From Candidatus Coatesbacteria bacterium (lineage in GTDB: Bacteria; JAFGND01): a stretch of 35,426 nucleotides of DNA. A program made the position numbers and the translations under genes. Within the stretch, counting starts at the first letter, position 1. Each line of letters starts with the position of its first letter. Shown piece by piece: positions 1 to 10,265 of this stretch. Where the stretch lies: contig JAFGND010000034.1 in assembly GCA_016927185.1 (NCBI GenBank), positions 62,001 through 97,426 of the forward strand, given 5' to 3'. The notes under the pieces are model-generated. The model was not told the origin of the DNA and made no database searches. It was given only the letters and a program-made list of their open reading frames with translations.

Positions 1-104
1 TTATAGAAGATAAGCCATATCTCTTTCTTGTTATCAGAATTCCCTGCAAGCCAGTTTTCCCATTCATTTCTATCTGAAACATGAATGCAATCCAGGATTC
101 TCAT
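1..104 (-). CDS. YdeI/OmpD-associated (bacteriocin-protection) family protein, N-terminal part only (runs off window start)
   Basis: Not in the ORF track. Minus strand from ATG at 104 reads MRILDCIHVSDRNEWENWLAGNSDNKKEIWLIFY, matching the 'eWr.WL..Nh....eiWli.yKK' start of this family. A purine-rich SD-like AAGGAAGGA lies upstream. Confidence 0.7.
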   Translation of the reverse strand, partial: MRILDCIHVSDRNEWENWLAGNSDNKKEIWLIFY

Positions 105-242
105 TCCATATCCTTCCTTACATAATCATGAATAACAATAATATGATAGTCCTTCTGAAATTTGATAAAAATGTCAATGAGATTAGTTGCATGTTTGAAA
201 CAAAATCTTGACATTATTCATACAAAGTCAGGCAAAAGTAAT

Positions 243-989
243 GTGGAAATTAAGAATCCTCTCATTGACAAAGTGGCTACATCATATTTATATGTAATAA
301 CAATCACAACACTGATAATAATAGTAACGAATTTATCGGATTTACTTATTCTTCTTGGTCTTCATATCATAATCCTCTTGATTCTTAGATCCTTCAAGTT
401 AAGGAAGAATTTTCTTGTATTCATAGTCACTATTGCCTTGTTCCAGATGGTTTTCCAGAGAAGTGGAGATATAATACTTCTGGGTTTCATTACCAGGCAA
501 GGGCTTTATTATTCTATTGCAACTTCAGTGAGACTGTTTGTAATAATGTCCACATCTGACATCATACTGGATATTTCAAGAAATGATTTGATAAACTTGC
601 TTAGATTCATGAGAATTCCAGCAGAGATTGTTCTCATGTATACACTAACTCTGCTATTTGTTGATAATCTGAGGCAGAGAAGCAGGGAAATCCTTGTGGC
701 AATTCAGCTGAGAGGGCTCGATATACAGAAGCTTAATCTGATTATGAAATTCAGGCTATTAAAGAAACTGTTACTACCTCTCTTTATTGGAAGTCTGCTG
801 AAGGCAAAAAAAATTGCTGCTGCACTGGAAATAAGAGGATATGGTTCAACAAGAAATCCCACCAGTTTATACAAGATTAGATATAGATTTAAATATGCAC
901 TGTTGCAGCTTTTCATAATAGCTTCTGCAGCAGTTTTTTATTATATGTCATCGAAAGGATTTTATGAAAGTTTTCTGCTTGATTGGTAG
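243..989 (+). CDS. Energy-coupling factor transporter transmembrane T component (EcfT/CbiQ family)
   Basis: Hydrophobic N-terminal helices plus two X-R-G motifs (IQLRG, LEIRGY) typical of EcfT coupling helices. The start is uncertain: GTG 243 chosen, ORF open from 162. Confidence 0.8.
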   Translation: MEIKNPLIDKVATSYLYVITITTLIIIVTNLSDLLILLGLHIIILLILRSFKLRKNFLVFIVTIALFQMVFQRSGDIILLGFITRQGLYYSIATSVRLFVIMSTSDIILDISRNDLINLLRFMRIPAEIVLMYTLTLLFVDNLRQRSREILVAIQLRGLDIQKLNLIMKFRLLKKLLLPLFIGSLLKAKKIAAALEIRGYGSTRNPTSLYKIRYRFKYALLQLFIIASAAVFYYMSSKGFYESFLLDW

Positions 990-1713
990 CCATTCAAATT
1001 CAGGTAAAACTACAACAGCTTGTGAAATCATAAGGAATTTGAAAAAAAGAAACTATTCGGTTTCAGCATTGAAAGATATTCATATTGAAGGATTCAGCAT
1101 TGATTCTGAAGGTAAAGACACCTGGCTAATGTCTGAAGCTGGAGCAAATCCAGTAATTTCATTTTCTGAAAAGGAAACCGGAATTATCTACAGGAAAAGA
1201 CTTCCTATAGATTCAATCAAGCAGCATCTTTCGAGTGACTACCTGGTTATTGAAGGAGGCAAGTCTTTTTATTATCCAGCGATTGCTGTTTCTGATGGAG
1301 TTGATGATCTTGAAAAGATTGTTGACGAAAGAGTCTTCGCTATTTCTGGACCAGTTTCAAGAGATGTCAGCACATTCAAGAACATTCCAGTTTTCGATAT
1401 TTATAAAAGTATTGATGAATTTGTTGATTACATAATGGATATTGTTCCTCCTGCTCTGCCATTCTTTGATGATGATTGTTGCAGATTTTGCGGGATGACT
1501 TGCAGCGAAATGCTTGTAAAACTGCTTAGAAAAGAGAAGAATATTAATGAATGCATTGCTTATGCAAACAACAAGATCAAACTGAAGATTGGGGAAAAAA
1601 CCATAGATATGGTTCCTTTTGTTCAGGATACACTTGTTGATGTAATAAAGGGATTTTTGAGAAACCTCAAGGGTTATGATTCTCAAGCAAGTATAGAGAT
1701 AATTATCAAGTAG
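964..1713 (+). CDS. mobB: Molybdopterin-guanine dinucleotide biosynthesis protein B with C-terminal Fe-S cluster domain
   Basis: P-loop GSHSNSGKTT, then KDIH and GKDTW...AGA motifs, a CCRFCGMTC...C cluster and the terminal MVPFVQ segment. Confidence 0.85.
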   Translation: MKVFCLIGSHSNSGKTTTACEIIRNLKKRNYSVSALKDIHIEGFSIDSEGKDTWLMSEAGANPVISFSEKETGIIYRKRLPIDSIKQHLSSDYLVIEGGKSFYYPAIAVSDGVDDLEKIVDERVFAISGPVSRDVSTFKNIPVFDIYKSIDEFVDYIMDIVPPALPFFDDDCCRFCGMTCSEMLVKLLRKEKNINECIAYANNKIKLKIGEKTIDMVPFVQDTLVDVIKGFLRNLKGYDSQASIEIIIK

Positions 1714-1715
1714 TC

Positions 1716-2501
1716 ATGGAAGTATCAATAGGAACATCTGGATATGTATATGCTGACTGGAAGGAAGTTTTCTATCCAAGAGGCACAAAGGATTTTCTGA
1801 GCTATTACCAGCAATTCTTCAAGATAGTGGAGATAAATTCTACATATTATCAGGAGATTGATGCTTCTTTTTTCAAGAACATTGCCAGAAAAACAAGGAA
1901 TGATTTCTCTTTTGCAGTTAAAGCATACTCGACTTTGACTCACAAGAGAGATGATTTCAAGAGGGCAGCGAAGAAATTCAAAGAAGCTCTACTACCATTA
2001 TCTGAAACAGACAAACTAGTCTCTGTACTTATGCAGTTTCCATTCAGTTTCAGGAATGAGGAAAAAAACGTTTCATATATAAACAGAGTTCATGATGAAC
2101 TTCAGGGATTGCCAATAAATATTGAATTCAGGAATATAAGCTGGGAAAATGAAGATGTTTTCAACTGGCTTAAGGGAAAAAATCTCGGTTACTGCTGTGT
2201 CGATGTACCTGATATTGAAAACCTGCCCACAAGACGTTCGATTGTTACAAGTGATATTGCTTACATAAGGTTTCACTCACGAAATGCTGAGAAATGGTAT
2301 CTTGGAGCAAAAGAGAGATATGACTATCTTTATTCAGAAGAAGAACTTAATGAGTGGGTTCCAGGGATAGAAAACATGAAGCGGAATTCAAGAAAGACGA
2401 TTATTTTTTTCAATAACTGTCATGCAGGACAAGCAGTAAGAAACGCTCAGATGCTTCAGAGCATCCTTGGAGAGGAAGTCTTTATAGGTGAATTCATTTA
2501 A
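1716..2501 (+). CDS. DUF72 (YecE-like) domain protein
   Basis: GTSGYVYADW, VEINSTYY, QFPFSF, IEFRN, YIRFH, RYDYLYS and FFNN motifs. Confidence 0.9.
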   Translation: MEVSIGTSGYVYADWKEVFYPRGTKDFLSYYQQFFKIVEINSTYYQEIDASFFKNIARKTRNDFSFAVKAYSTLTHKRDDFKRAAKKFKEALLPLSETDKLVSVLMQFPFSFRNEEKNVSYINRVHDELQGLPINIEFRNISWENEDVFNWLKGKNLGYCCVDVPDIENLPTRRSIVTSDIAYIRFHSRNAEKWYLGAKERYDYLYSEEELNEWVPGIENMKRNSRKTIIFFNNCHAGQAVRNAQMLQSILGEEVFIGEFI

Positions 2502-3228
2502 CTTCATTCAAAGCCGGATTATCTATATTCAATAGAAGCAGATTTATGTTTCCTCCAAGAATAAGTTTGTCTCCACGAAGATCACCCCAGAAAAAAGAGT
2601 CAAATGCAGGAAAAAGCAGAAAAAATGCATTGGGAGTTTGATTTTTCAAGAAAGTATTTATAGAAGAAACCTCGACAAGGCTCTTTCTTTTCCCTGTATA
2701 TACTTCAGCAAATCTCTCCCCTATTTCCTCATATTCATACAGATAAAGGAATTTTCCATTCTTGATTTTAAGAAATAGCTCATTATCACCAGCTTTGTAA
2801 ACAGGAATACCCTTGATTTTTTTTATCTGCCTTGATCCCTCGAATGCCTTGGAATAAATTGCATCCCATTTCTTGCCTGTTTCTATAAGAATTCCTTTTT
2901 TCTTCAGTGATATTGAAGGTTTCTTTGATGTTCCATCATAGAATAATATTGTGAACGATTTTATTGCTTCGCCTACTTCCTCTGGATTTGAAAATCCTCC
3001 TCCCTGCATCAAGGTATTTAGAAGCAGGTCTGCATGAGGTATAAAACCTTTAATTCTGGGGATTACTTTGGTAGCATTCTTCCCTGACAATATCAATACA
3101 CAAGGCACTTCAGCATCAATAAGGGCAAGCAAATTATTGAAATCATCTGCACTTACAAACGAATCAGTTGAGATGACTGCAATCATTATTGTTAGAAGGA
3201 AATGGAAAAACTTGACTTTATATTGCAT
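2494..3228 (-). CDS. Hypothetical exported protein
   Basis: Long ORF. ATG 3228 gives a signal-peptide-like start (MQYKVKFFHFLLTIMIAVISTDSFVSA) and avoids overlap with divergent plsY. No family recognised. Confidence 0.6.
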   Translation of the reverse strand: MQYKVKFFHFLLTIMIAVISTDSFVSADDFNNLLALIDAEVPCVLILSGKNATKVIPRIKGFIPHADLLLNTLMQGGGFSNPEEVGEAIKSFTILFYDGTSKKPSISLKKKGILIETGKKWDAIYSKAFEGSRQIKKIKGIPVYKAGDNELFLKIKNGKFLYLYEYEEIGERFAEVYTGKRKSLVEVSSINTFLKNQTPNAFFLLFPAFDSFFWGDLRGDKLILGGNINLLLLNIDNPALNEVK

Positions 3229-3267
3229 ATAACACAACTCAACCTTAATATAAACTTTGTCAAGCAA

Positions 3268-3870
3268 ATGGATTATATATTAGTACTATTAGGTTATCTT
3301 ATAGGTTCAGTACCAACAGGCTGGATTATTGCAAAGTACGTTTACCAGATAGATATCAAGAAAGAGGGAAGCGGAAATATTGGAGCTACAAATCTAACAA
3401 GGGTTATTGGTAAAAGAGCTGGTACATATACCTTGCTTGGTGATGGTTTAAAAGCCTTGATATTCATGCTTATTCTGAGATACCTTATTTACAAAGACTG
3501 GATGACTGATGAAAATGAAGCGATCTGGCTTTTTATCTGTGGTTTAGCTGTATTAGTGGGGAATTGCTTCAGCGTCTTCATGAAGTTTAATGGTGGAAAG
3601 GGAGGAACAACAACATATGGAGTATTTCTCGCTCTGGCTCCTCTTCCAGCAATAACTTCAATAATGATTTATGCAGTAGCATTGATCTTCCTGAGAGTAT
3701 CGGCAATAGGAACATTGTCATCAACAATATTATTATGGGTATGGATTTATTCGTATTATCTGCCTTCATTTCAGAAGGAATATCTCATCTACCTTTCTTT
3801 ATGTTTTGCTTTAGTTGTATGGATAAGACATATTCCGAATATAAGAAAAATGATAAAAGAGAGGTTATAA
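3268..3870 (+). CDS. plsY: Glycerol-3-phosphate acyltransferase PlsY
   Basis: GYLIGSVP, GSGNIGATN, DGLKA, FNGGKG and RHIPNI motifs. The start is at ATG 3268 (MDYILV). Confidence 0.93.
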   Translation: MDYILVLLGYLIGSVPTGWIIAKYVYQIDIKKEGSGNIGATNLTRVIGKRAGTYTLLGDGLKALIFMLILRYLIYKDWMTDENEAIWLFICGLAVLVGNCFSVFMKFNGGKGGTTTYGVFLALAPLPAITSIMIYAVALIFLRVSAIGTLSSTILLWVWIYSYYLPSFQKEYLIYLSLCFALVVWIRHIPNIRKMIKERL

Positions 3871-3871
3871 C

Positions 3872-4873
3872 TTGAAGGATTATAAATCAGCAGGTGTTGA
3901 TATTGATGAAGCTGTTTCAGCTATATCATTATCAAGGAAATATATAGAAAGTACATATAACAAGGCTGTTCTGTCAAGAACAGGAGCATATGGAGGATTA
4001 TTCTCCCTGCATGACTTCCGAGAGAAAGATTTCATTTTGGTTTCTTCAATAGATGGAGTTGGAACAAAAACAGAAGTAGCAAAACTTGCAGGAAGATATG
4101 AGGGTATTGGAAAAGATATTGTTTTTCACTGCACCAATGATATTCTTGTTCAAGGGGCAAAACCGCTTTTTTTCCTTGATTATTTCGCTTCAAGCAAATT
4201 GGGAAAAAAACAACTTGCTGATATTATAAAAGGAGCTTCAGAAGCTTGCAGGGAAGTGGGATGTGCGTTAATAGGAGGAGAAACAGCGGAGATGCCGGAT
4301 GTTTACAATCCTGGTTCTTTTGACGTTGTGGGATGCATAATCGGGATTGTAAGCAAGAAGCATCTTCTTCCCTCTCGAAATATAAGGGAGAATGATGTTC
4401 TTATTGGATTCAAGAGTAATGGACTGCATACAAATGGTTATTCACTCGCAAGGAAGCTCATGCTAAAAAACAAAACAATTGATTATGAATGGAAGGAACT
4501 TGGAGGTCTGTCAACAGCTGATGCTCTTCTCATACCCCATAGATGCTATTTCCGAGAATTATTCGAATATGTGGAAAAGAAAAAGATAAAAGCTCTTGTT
4601 CATATAACAGGAGGAGGTTTCTATGATAATATTCCAAGGATTCTTCCTGAAGGTATTGGTGTAGAGATTGATATCAAATCATGGGAAACCCCACCCTTGT
4701 TTAAACTTCTCAAGAAACTTGGGAAACTTACCAGTAGAGAAGCATACAGAATATTCAACATGGGAATAGGCATGATAGCTATTGTTTCATCATCTGATTA
4801 TGAAAAAATGTTCAAGGGCAAGGATTGGCTTAAGATAGGAAAATGTGTAATTGGAAAAGGAGTAAGGCTGTAA
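3872..4873 (+). CDS. purM: Phosphoribosylformylglycinamidine cyclo-ligase (AIR synthetase)
   Basis: YKSAGVDI, DGVGTK, PLFFLDY, GGETAEMP, SNGLHTNGYSL, HITGGG and FNMGIG motifs. TTG start. Confidence 0.97.
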   Translation: MKDYKSAGVDIDEAVSAISLSRKYIESTYNKAVLSRTGAYGGLFSLHDFREKDFILVSSIDGVGTKTEVAKLAGRYEGIGKDIVFHCTNDILVQGAKPLFFLDYFASSKLGKKQLADIIKGASEACREVGCALIGGETAEMPDVYNPGSFDVVGCIIGIVSKKHLLPSRNIRENDVLIGFKSNGLHTNGYSLARKLMLKNKTIDYEWKELGGLSTADALLIPHRCYFRELFEYVEKKKIKALVHITGGGFYDNIPRILPEGIGVEIDIKSWETPPLFKLLKKLGKLTSREAYRIFNMGIGMIAIVSSSDYEKMFKGKDWLKIGKCVIGKGVRL

Positions 4874-6007
4874 ATGAATAGCTGGATAGAGATAGACAAG
4901 GCAAGCCTTTTGCAGAATTTAGATTATTTCAGGCAATCCATCAAGAAGGATGTAAAGATAGCAAGTGTCATAAAAGCAAATGCTTATGGGCATGGAATAG
5001 AGGAAGTAGCTTCAATTATTGCTGACAGAACTGATTTCTTTGCTGTCCATTCCATTGAGGAAGCTCGCATAATCAGAAGATTCAAGAAACCGATATTGAT
5101 AATGGGATATGTCCAGCTCAAGGATATTGAAGAAGCAATTGAAAGCGATTATCATTTTGCAGTTTATAATATTGAAACGATTATGAAGATATCAGAATTT
5201 TCAATAAAATTAAACAAGGATGTACTAGTGCATCTGAAGATAGAAACTGGAACTAACAGGCTTGGCTTCACCGAAACAGAGCTGAGAAATGCAATAGGCA
5301 TAATATCCAGAAATGAAAAGATCAAAGTTTGTGGTGCATACACTCATTTTGCAAATATTGAAGACACGACAAATCATTATTATGCAGAGCTTCAACTTTC
5401 AAGATTCAATGAAAGACTCAATACTATAGAAACTACTATGAACAGGAAAGTAGATTATCCACATACAGCCTGCAGTGCAGCATCCCTGCTTTTTGAAGAA
5501 GCACAATTCAAAATGATAAGACTCGGAATTGCACTATATGGTTTATGGCCCAGCAAGGAAACATTACTTTCCTTCATGCTCAAGAAACATGACGATAGTC
5601 CTGCAGTTCTTAAGCCAGTACTGAGCTGGAAAACAAGAGTTGCTCAATTAAAATGGGTAGAAGAAGGCGATTATATAGGCTATGGCTGTTCTTACAGAAC
5701 CACTAGCAAGACAAGACTTGCTATCTTGCCAATTGGCTATTCAGACGGTCTGGATAGAAGTTTGTCTAATAATGGATATGTCTTGATAAATGGTAAAAGA
5801 GCACACATCAGAGGAAGAATATGCATGAACCTGACAATAGTCGATGTTACTCATATTGAGGAAGTGAAACTTGAAAATGAAGTAGTTATAATCGGTAAGT
5901 CAGGTTATGAGCAGATAACAGCTGAGTATCATGCATCATGGGCAAACACCATTAACTATGAAATCATTGCAAGATTAGGAGGACACATAAAAAGGATAAT
6001 TATTTGA
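4874..6007 (+). CDS. alr: Alanine racemase
   Basis: VIKANAYGHG PLP-lysine motif, HLKIETGTNRLG, IGYG, IGYSDG, GRICM and TINYE. Confidence 0.96.
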   Translation: MNSWIEIDKASLLQNLDYFRQSIKKDVKIASVIKANAYGHGIEEVASIIADRTDFFAVHSIEEARIIRRFKKPILIMGYVQLKDIEEAIESDYHFAVYNIETIMKISEFSIKLNKDVLVHLKIETGTNRLGFTETELRNAIGIISRNEKIKVCGAYTHFANIEDTTNHYYAELQLSRFNERLNTIETTMNRKVDYPHTACSAASLLFEEAQFKMIRLGIALYGLWPSKETLLSFMLKKHDDSPAVLKPVLSWKTRVAQLKWVEEGDYIGYGCSYRTTSKTRLAILPIGYSDGLDRSLSNNGYVLINGKRAHIRGRICMNLTIVDVTHIEEVKLENEVVIIGKSGYEQITAEYHASWANTINYEIIARLGGHIKRIII

Positions 6008-6077
6008 TAAACGATTTATTTACAAGGAGTTATATAAAAATAGTAATAAATAACTTTAAAATATGTTTAAAAATACC

Positions 6078-6106
6078 TTGACAAAAAACAATCTAAATCT
6101 ATTAAT
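6078..6106 (+). promoter_or_regulatory. Putative sigma70 promoter for the LysM gene
   Basis: Perfect TTGACA at 6078-6083, TATTAAT at 6100-6106, an AT-rich upstream region, and a strong SD (GAGGAGG) before ATG 6157. Confidence 0.5.
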
Positions 6107-6156
6107 AGCCGTAATGTTAGAGAAGGGGTATAGCCTTTATAGAGGAGGGCATAAAA

Positions 6157-7188
6157 ATGCGTAAGTTATTGTTTGGATTGATAGTATTGGCAATAGCAGG
6201 AGCATTAGGGGCGATCACTTATCCATTCTATGAAAACCTGGATATTTATCAGGTGAAATCTGGAGATACTTTATGGGATATTTCTGGCTGGTATCTTGGT
6301 AATCACTGGGCATGGCCAGCAATTTATGAAGCAAATTCTCCATATCTTGCTGACCCAGTTTACAGGAATGGCTTGATAATTGTCTGGATATATCCAGGAG
6401 ACCATCTGATAATGCCTGGAGGACCACTTGCAAGACCATATCATGTTACTCTTTTTACTCCAGACAAAAAAGCCTATGGAAGTTTCATAGACTGGCCTAA
6501 AAACTATGAGAAATATGGAGAAATAGTAAGAGAAGACTACTACGAACACGAAAACGTAGATCACGAACAAGCAATGCTTTCTCAATGGGATCCATTTGTG
6601 ATTGACAGAGGTGCAAATGCTAATGTAAAAGTGGGAGACAAATTCTGGATTTTTGGAGTAGATAAGATAGTAAATCATCCTGTACAGAAGAAAACACAAG
6701 TAGGTTCCCTGATTCGTTTCAAGGGTCTGGGAGAAATTCAAGAAGTATACGAAAGAGTATCAAAAGGAAGAATTGTCAGGGCATTTGAACCTATATATGT
6801 TCATGATAGAGTAATGCCATGGGAGCCAACTCTTGTTCCAGCATTCAAGGGCTATGAAAAACCAGCATCCTATAATGAAGGTTATGTAGTCCAGATAAGA
6901 GATAGTGAGTTAGATATAACATATGATATAGTATATATTGACAAGGGAACAAGAAATGGTGTTGGAGATGGCGATGTTTTCGAAGTCTACAGACCAGAGA
7001 AAACAAGGGATAACAGGTTCGAACAGAAAGTTGTCATTCCTGTTACTGTTATAGCAAAACTCCTTGTGATAAATGCAAGAGCAACTACATCAACCTGTTA
7101 TGTTTTTGGTGCCAAAACAAGGAATGTCCTGGTCGGAGATCATGTCAGACATGCACTCAAGGCCATAACTTTTTATCCACAAAAATAA
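6157..7188 (+). CDS. LysM peptidoglycan-binding exported protein (TsaP-like architecture)
   Basis: Signal peptide and a LysM domain (YQVKSGDTLWDIS...W.W..I...N...IYPGD). Two repeated beta-rich modules follow (VIDRGANANVKVGDKFWIF and YIDKGTRNGVGDGDVFEVY). Confidence 0.75.
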   Translation: MRKLLFGLIVLAIAGALGAITYPFYENLDIYQVKSGDTLWDISGWYLGNHWAWPAIYEANSPYLADPVYRNGLIIVWIYPGDHLIMPGGPLARPYHVTLFTPDKKAYGSFIDWPKNYEKYGEIVREDYYEHENVDHEQAMLSQWDPFVIDRGANANVKVGDKFWIFGVDKIVNHPVQKKTQVGSLIRFKGLGEIQEVYERVSKGRIVRAFEPIYVHDRVMPWEPTLVPAFKGYEKPASYNEGYVVQIRDSELDITYDIVYIDKGTRNGVGDGDVFEVYRPEKTRDNRFEQKVVIPVTVIAKLLVINARATTSTCYVFGAKTRNVLVGDHVRHALKAITFYPQK

Positions 7189-7208
7189 TTCTCTTTCTGT
7201 TTGTTACG

Positions 7209-7235
7209 AAGGGGCTTTAATGGAGAAGCCCCTTT
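7209..7235 (+). terminator. Hairpin / probable intrinsic terminator after LysM gene
   Basis: AAGGGGCTT (7209-7217) pairs with AAGCCCCTT (7226-7234). The U-tail is short. Confidence 0.6.
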
Positions 7236-7242
7236 GAAATTT

Positions 7243-9114
7243 ATGCATACTTATCTAAGACTTCTCTCTTATCTCAAGCCTTACTGGAAAAAGGTAATCC
7301 TTATTTTTTTGCTTACCCTTGGTTTGGCAGCAACAAGTGGAGCTTCTCTTGGAATGATTTATCCTCTCTTCCAGGGAATACTCACAATGAAGAAAAACTC
7401 AGAAGAAACAGTAAGCATGAGCCAATTCATAGAAGCAAGCAAGAAAAGTATTTCAGAAACAAATATTCTTAAAAAGAATGAAGCAAGAAATTTCTGTGCT
7501 GATTTAAAAAAGATGTTCAGGAAACTTCCTTCAGATTCTGCAATACTAATTATCTGCTTTATTACCTTAGTACTTCTTGTAATAAAAAATGCTTTCACTT
7601 TTCTGCAAAGTTATTCCATGGTAAATCTGGAACAGAATCTAGCAAGGGATCTTAGAAACAAGATTTTTTCTCATTATCAGTATCTTCCTCTCCAGTATTT
7701 TGCCACAAACAAGGCAGGGGAAGTAATTTCTAAAGTAACAAATGATGTTAATGTCGTACTTGCAGCTGTTTCAGGAGGATTTGGATCAATAATACGTGAA
7801 GGTTTATTGCTGATAATATATATTGCAATTGTACTTACCTCAAGCATTGAACTTGCTTTGCTGTCATTCATTTCCCTTCCAGTTGCTTCTATAGCAATAT
7901 ATTTGATAGGAAAGAAGTTAAGAAAAAAGAGTGAGAGAAAGCAGAAGGCAGTTGCTGAGGTTCAATCAGCACTCTATGAGAACTACATCGGAATAAGAAT
8001 TGTAAAAGCATTTGCCATGGAGAAATTCGAAAGAGAAAGATTCCGCGAAAAGACCACAAATGAATTCAATTCCAATATTTCAATGGTCAAGAATAATGCA
8101 CTTACAGGTCCTGTTACTGAAATACTTGGAACAATAGTAGCTTTATGTGTGATATTCTATGGCGCATATCTTATAAATACCACGCATACATTGAGTGTCG
8201 GTAAATTCTTCCTTTTTCTCGCAGCACTGCTTTCCATGATGCAACCCTTGAAAAGGCTTGGGGAAGTTAATAATCAGATACAACAGGGCATTGCAGCCGG
8301 AGAAAGATTCTTTACCATTCTTGACATGCGAATAGAGGATCCTCCAGCAGATGATCCACTACCAATACCACAAAAGATATCCTGGATATCATTCAATGAA
8401 ATCAGTTTCAGTTACAATAAAGATATTCCAGTTCTTGAAGGAGTATCTTTCAATGTGAAAGCTGGACAGATGCTTGCCATAGCAGGACCTTCTGGTGCTG
8501 GCAAATCAACTCTTGTAGACCTTTTACCACGATTTTATTATCCAGACAAGGGAGCAATTTTGATAAATGATGTTCCCATAAACAGGCTTAACCTTCAGGA
8601 ACTCAGAAAGCTTATTGGAATAGTAACACAAGAAACAATTCTGTTTCATGACACTATCTACAACAATCTTACATATGGTTCTTCTGAAATAGGCATGGAA
8701 AAAGTGATCCTCTCATCAAAAGCAGCTAATGCTTACGATTTCATAATGAACCTTCCTAAAGGATTTGATACTATAATTGGAGAAAGAGGTCTATTGCTTT
8801 CAGGTGGACAGAAACAAAGGCTAGCTATAGCAAGAGCCTTGCTAAAGGATCCTCCAATATTAATACTTGATGAAGCAACTTCAGCTCTTGATAGTGAAAG
8901 TGAGATGCTGGTTCAGGAAGCGATAGAAAGGCTTATTGAAAACAGGACTACCTTCGTCATAGCACACAGATTAAGTACTATTCTACATGCTAACTTAATA
9001 ATAGTCCTTGATAAGGGTAAGATAATACAAAGAGGCACTCATGAATATCTTATATCACAAGAAGGTTTATATAAAGACCTTTATGAAATACAATTCAGGG
9101 GAAAAAAACCTTGA
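7243..9114 (+). CDS. MsbA-like ABC exporter (fused TMD + NBD)
   Basis: Transmembrane domain followed by Walker A GPSGAGKS, Q-loop VTQE, LSGGQKQR, Walker B ILILDEATS and the IAHRL switch. The start is placed at ATG 7243 (MHTYLRLLSY), downstream of the hairpin. Confidence 0.9.
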   Translation: MHTYLRLLSYLKPYWKKVILIFLLTLGLAATSGASLGMIYPLFQGILTMKKNSEETVSMSQFIEASKKSISETNILKKNEARNFCADLKKMFRKLPSDSAILIICFITLVLLVIKNAFTFLQSYSMVNLEQNLARDLRNKIFSHYQYLPLQYFATNKAGEVISKVTNDVNVVLAAVSGGFGSIIREGLLLIIYIAIVLTSSIELALLSFISLPVASIAIYLIGKKLRKKSERKQKAVAEVQSALYENYIGIRIVKAFAMEKFERERFREKTTNEFNSNISMVKNNALTGPVTEILGTIVALCVIFYGAYLINTTHTLSVGKFFLFLAALLSMMQPLKRLGEVNNQIQQGIAAGERFFTILDMRIEDPPADDPLPIPQKISWISFNEISFSYNKDIPVLEGVSFNVKAGQMLAIAGPSGAGKSTLVDLLPRFYYPDKGAILINDVPINRLNLQELRKLIGIVTQETILFHDTIYNNLTYGSSEIGMEKVILSSKAANAYDFIMNLPKGFDTIIGERGLLLSGGQKQRLAIARALLKDPPILILDEATSALDSESEMLVQEAIERLIENRTTFVIAHRLSTILHANLIIVLDKGKIIQRGTHEYLISQEGLYKDLYEIQFRGKKP

Positions 9115-9157
9115 CAAAATCTCTGTACATAAACAGTTGCCAAGCATTACTAAAATT

Positions 9158-9240
9158 GCCGAGGTGGCGGAAAGGCAGACGCAGCGGACTTAAAATCCGT
9201 TGGGAGCAATCCCGTGCCGGTTCGACTCCGGCTCTCGGTA
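9158..9240 (+). tRNA. tRNA-Leu, anticodon UAA; CCA not encoded
   Basis: Acceptor stem GCCGAGG/TCTCGGT plus discriminator A. Anticodon arm GCGGA-CTTAAAA-TCCGT, long variable arm GGGA-GCAA-TCCC, T-arm GCCGG-TTCGACT-CCGGC. Confidence 0.95.
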
Positions 9241-9313
9241 AGAGATTAAAATATGAAGGTTTTTTTGCTTTCAGAATTATTAGCTAGAAATATGTACATC
9301 ACAAAAAAACTCA

Positions 9314-10264
9314 ATGACTGAAACGATCAGGGAATTCATTCATATTGAAGGGATAACTCCTGTCATTTTGACAGGTGCAAACAGCAACAATCTGATTATT
9401 CTATCCAAATACTCTAAATGCAGTATTAATCTAAGAGGGAACCAGATAGTTGCTGAAGGAAAACCACAAGACATTGAAAGGCTTAAAATATCACTGAGAA
9501 AACTTCTCTCCCTTGCGAGAGGAGGATCTACAATTGGTGAGCAGGAGATACTTGAATCTCTTGCTTATCAGGAAGATGAATTAGGTGATAGTGATTTTTT
9601 AAATATGTCTGGGAAGATAATAAATCCGAGAACTGGAGGTCAAAAGAATTATATAGAATCTATGCTTAATAATGATCTCACAGTTGCAATTGGACCTGCA
9701 GGTACTGGAAAAACATTCCTGGGAGTTGCAATGGCTGTCAAATGTCTGAAAGAGAAGTTTGTTGAGAAAATTGTTCTTGCAAGACCAGCTGTAGAAGCTG
9801 GAGAAAGGCTAGGATTCCTCCCTGGAGATCTCAAGGAAAAGGTAAATCCTTATCTTCAACCGATGTATGATGCCCTGGGCGATATTTACAGTATGGAAAA
9901 ATTATCCAGGCTGATTGAAAATGGTTCAATCGAAGTCATTCCTCTTGCTTTTATGAGAGGAAGAACCTTCAACAGGGCATTTGTAATTCTAGATGAAGCC
10001 CAGAATACAACATCAGGTCAGATGAAAATGTTTCTCACTCGCCTCGGTTTTTATTCAAAAGCTGTCATAACTGGTGATATTACTCAGATAGATCTTCCAA
10101 ACGGTACTGTTTCAGGATTAGTAGAAATAAGAGAAATTCTTTCAAATATTCCAAGAATTGCTTTCTGTTATCTTGAAAAGAGAGATATAATAAGACATCC
10201 CCTTGTTCAGGAAATTGTTCAAGCTTATGAAAGATACGAATCTCGAAAGATTGAAAAGCAGTAG
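9314..10264 (+). CDS. phoH: PhoH family ATPase
   Basis: GPAGTGKT, RPAVEAGERLGFLPGD, FMRGRT, ILDEAQN, MFLTRLG and GDITQIDL motifs. Confidence 0.95.
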   Translation: MTETIREFIHIEGITPVILTGANSNNLIILSKYSKCSINLRGNQIVAEGKPQDIERLKISLRKLLSLARGGSTIGEQEILESLAYQEDELGDSDFLNMSGKIINPRTGGQKNYIESMLNNDLTVAIGPAGTGKTFLGVAMAVKCLKEKFVEKIVLARPAVEAGERLGFLPGDLKEKVNPYLQPMYDALGDIYSMEKLSRLIENGSIEVIPLAFMRGRTFNRAFVILDEAQNTTSGQMKMFLTRLGFYSKAVITGDITQIDLPNGTVSGLVEIREILSNIPRIAFCYLEKRDIIRHPLVQEIVQAYERYESRKIEKQ

Positions 10265-10265
10265 A

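Noticed and set aside
6271-6315. Trp cluster in the LysM protein (LWDISGWYLGNHWAW) as a C-mannosylation site
   Set aside because: The spacing is not WxxW, and these Trp residues are normal for this LysM subfamily.
9158-9313. tRNA-Leu as an integration site for a genomic island
   Set aside because: No integrase follows, I saw no duplicated tRNA 3' end in the window, and the next gene is housekeeping phoH.
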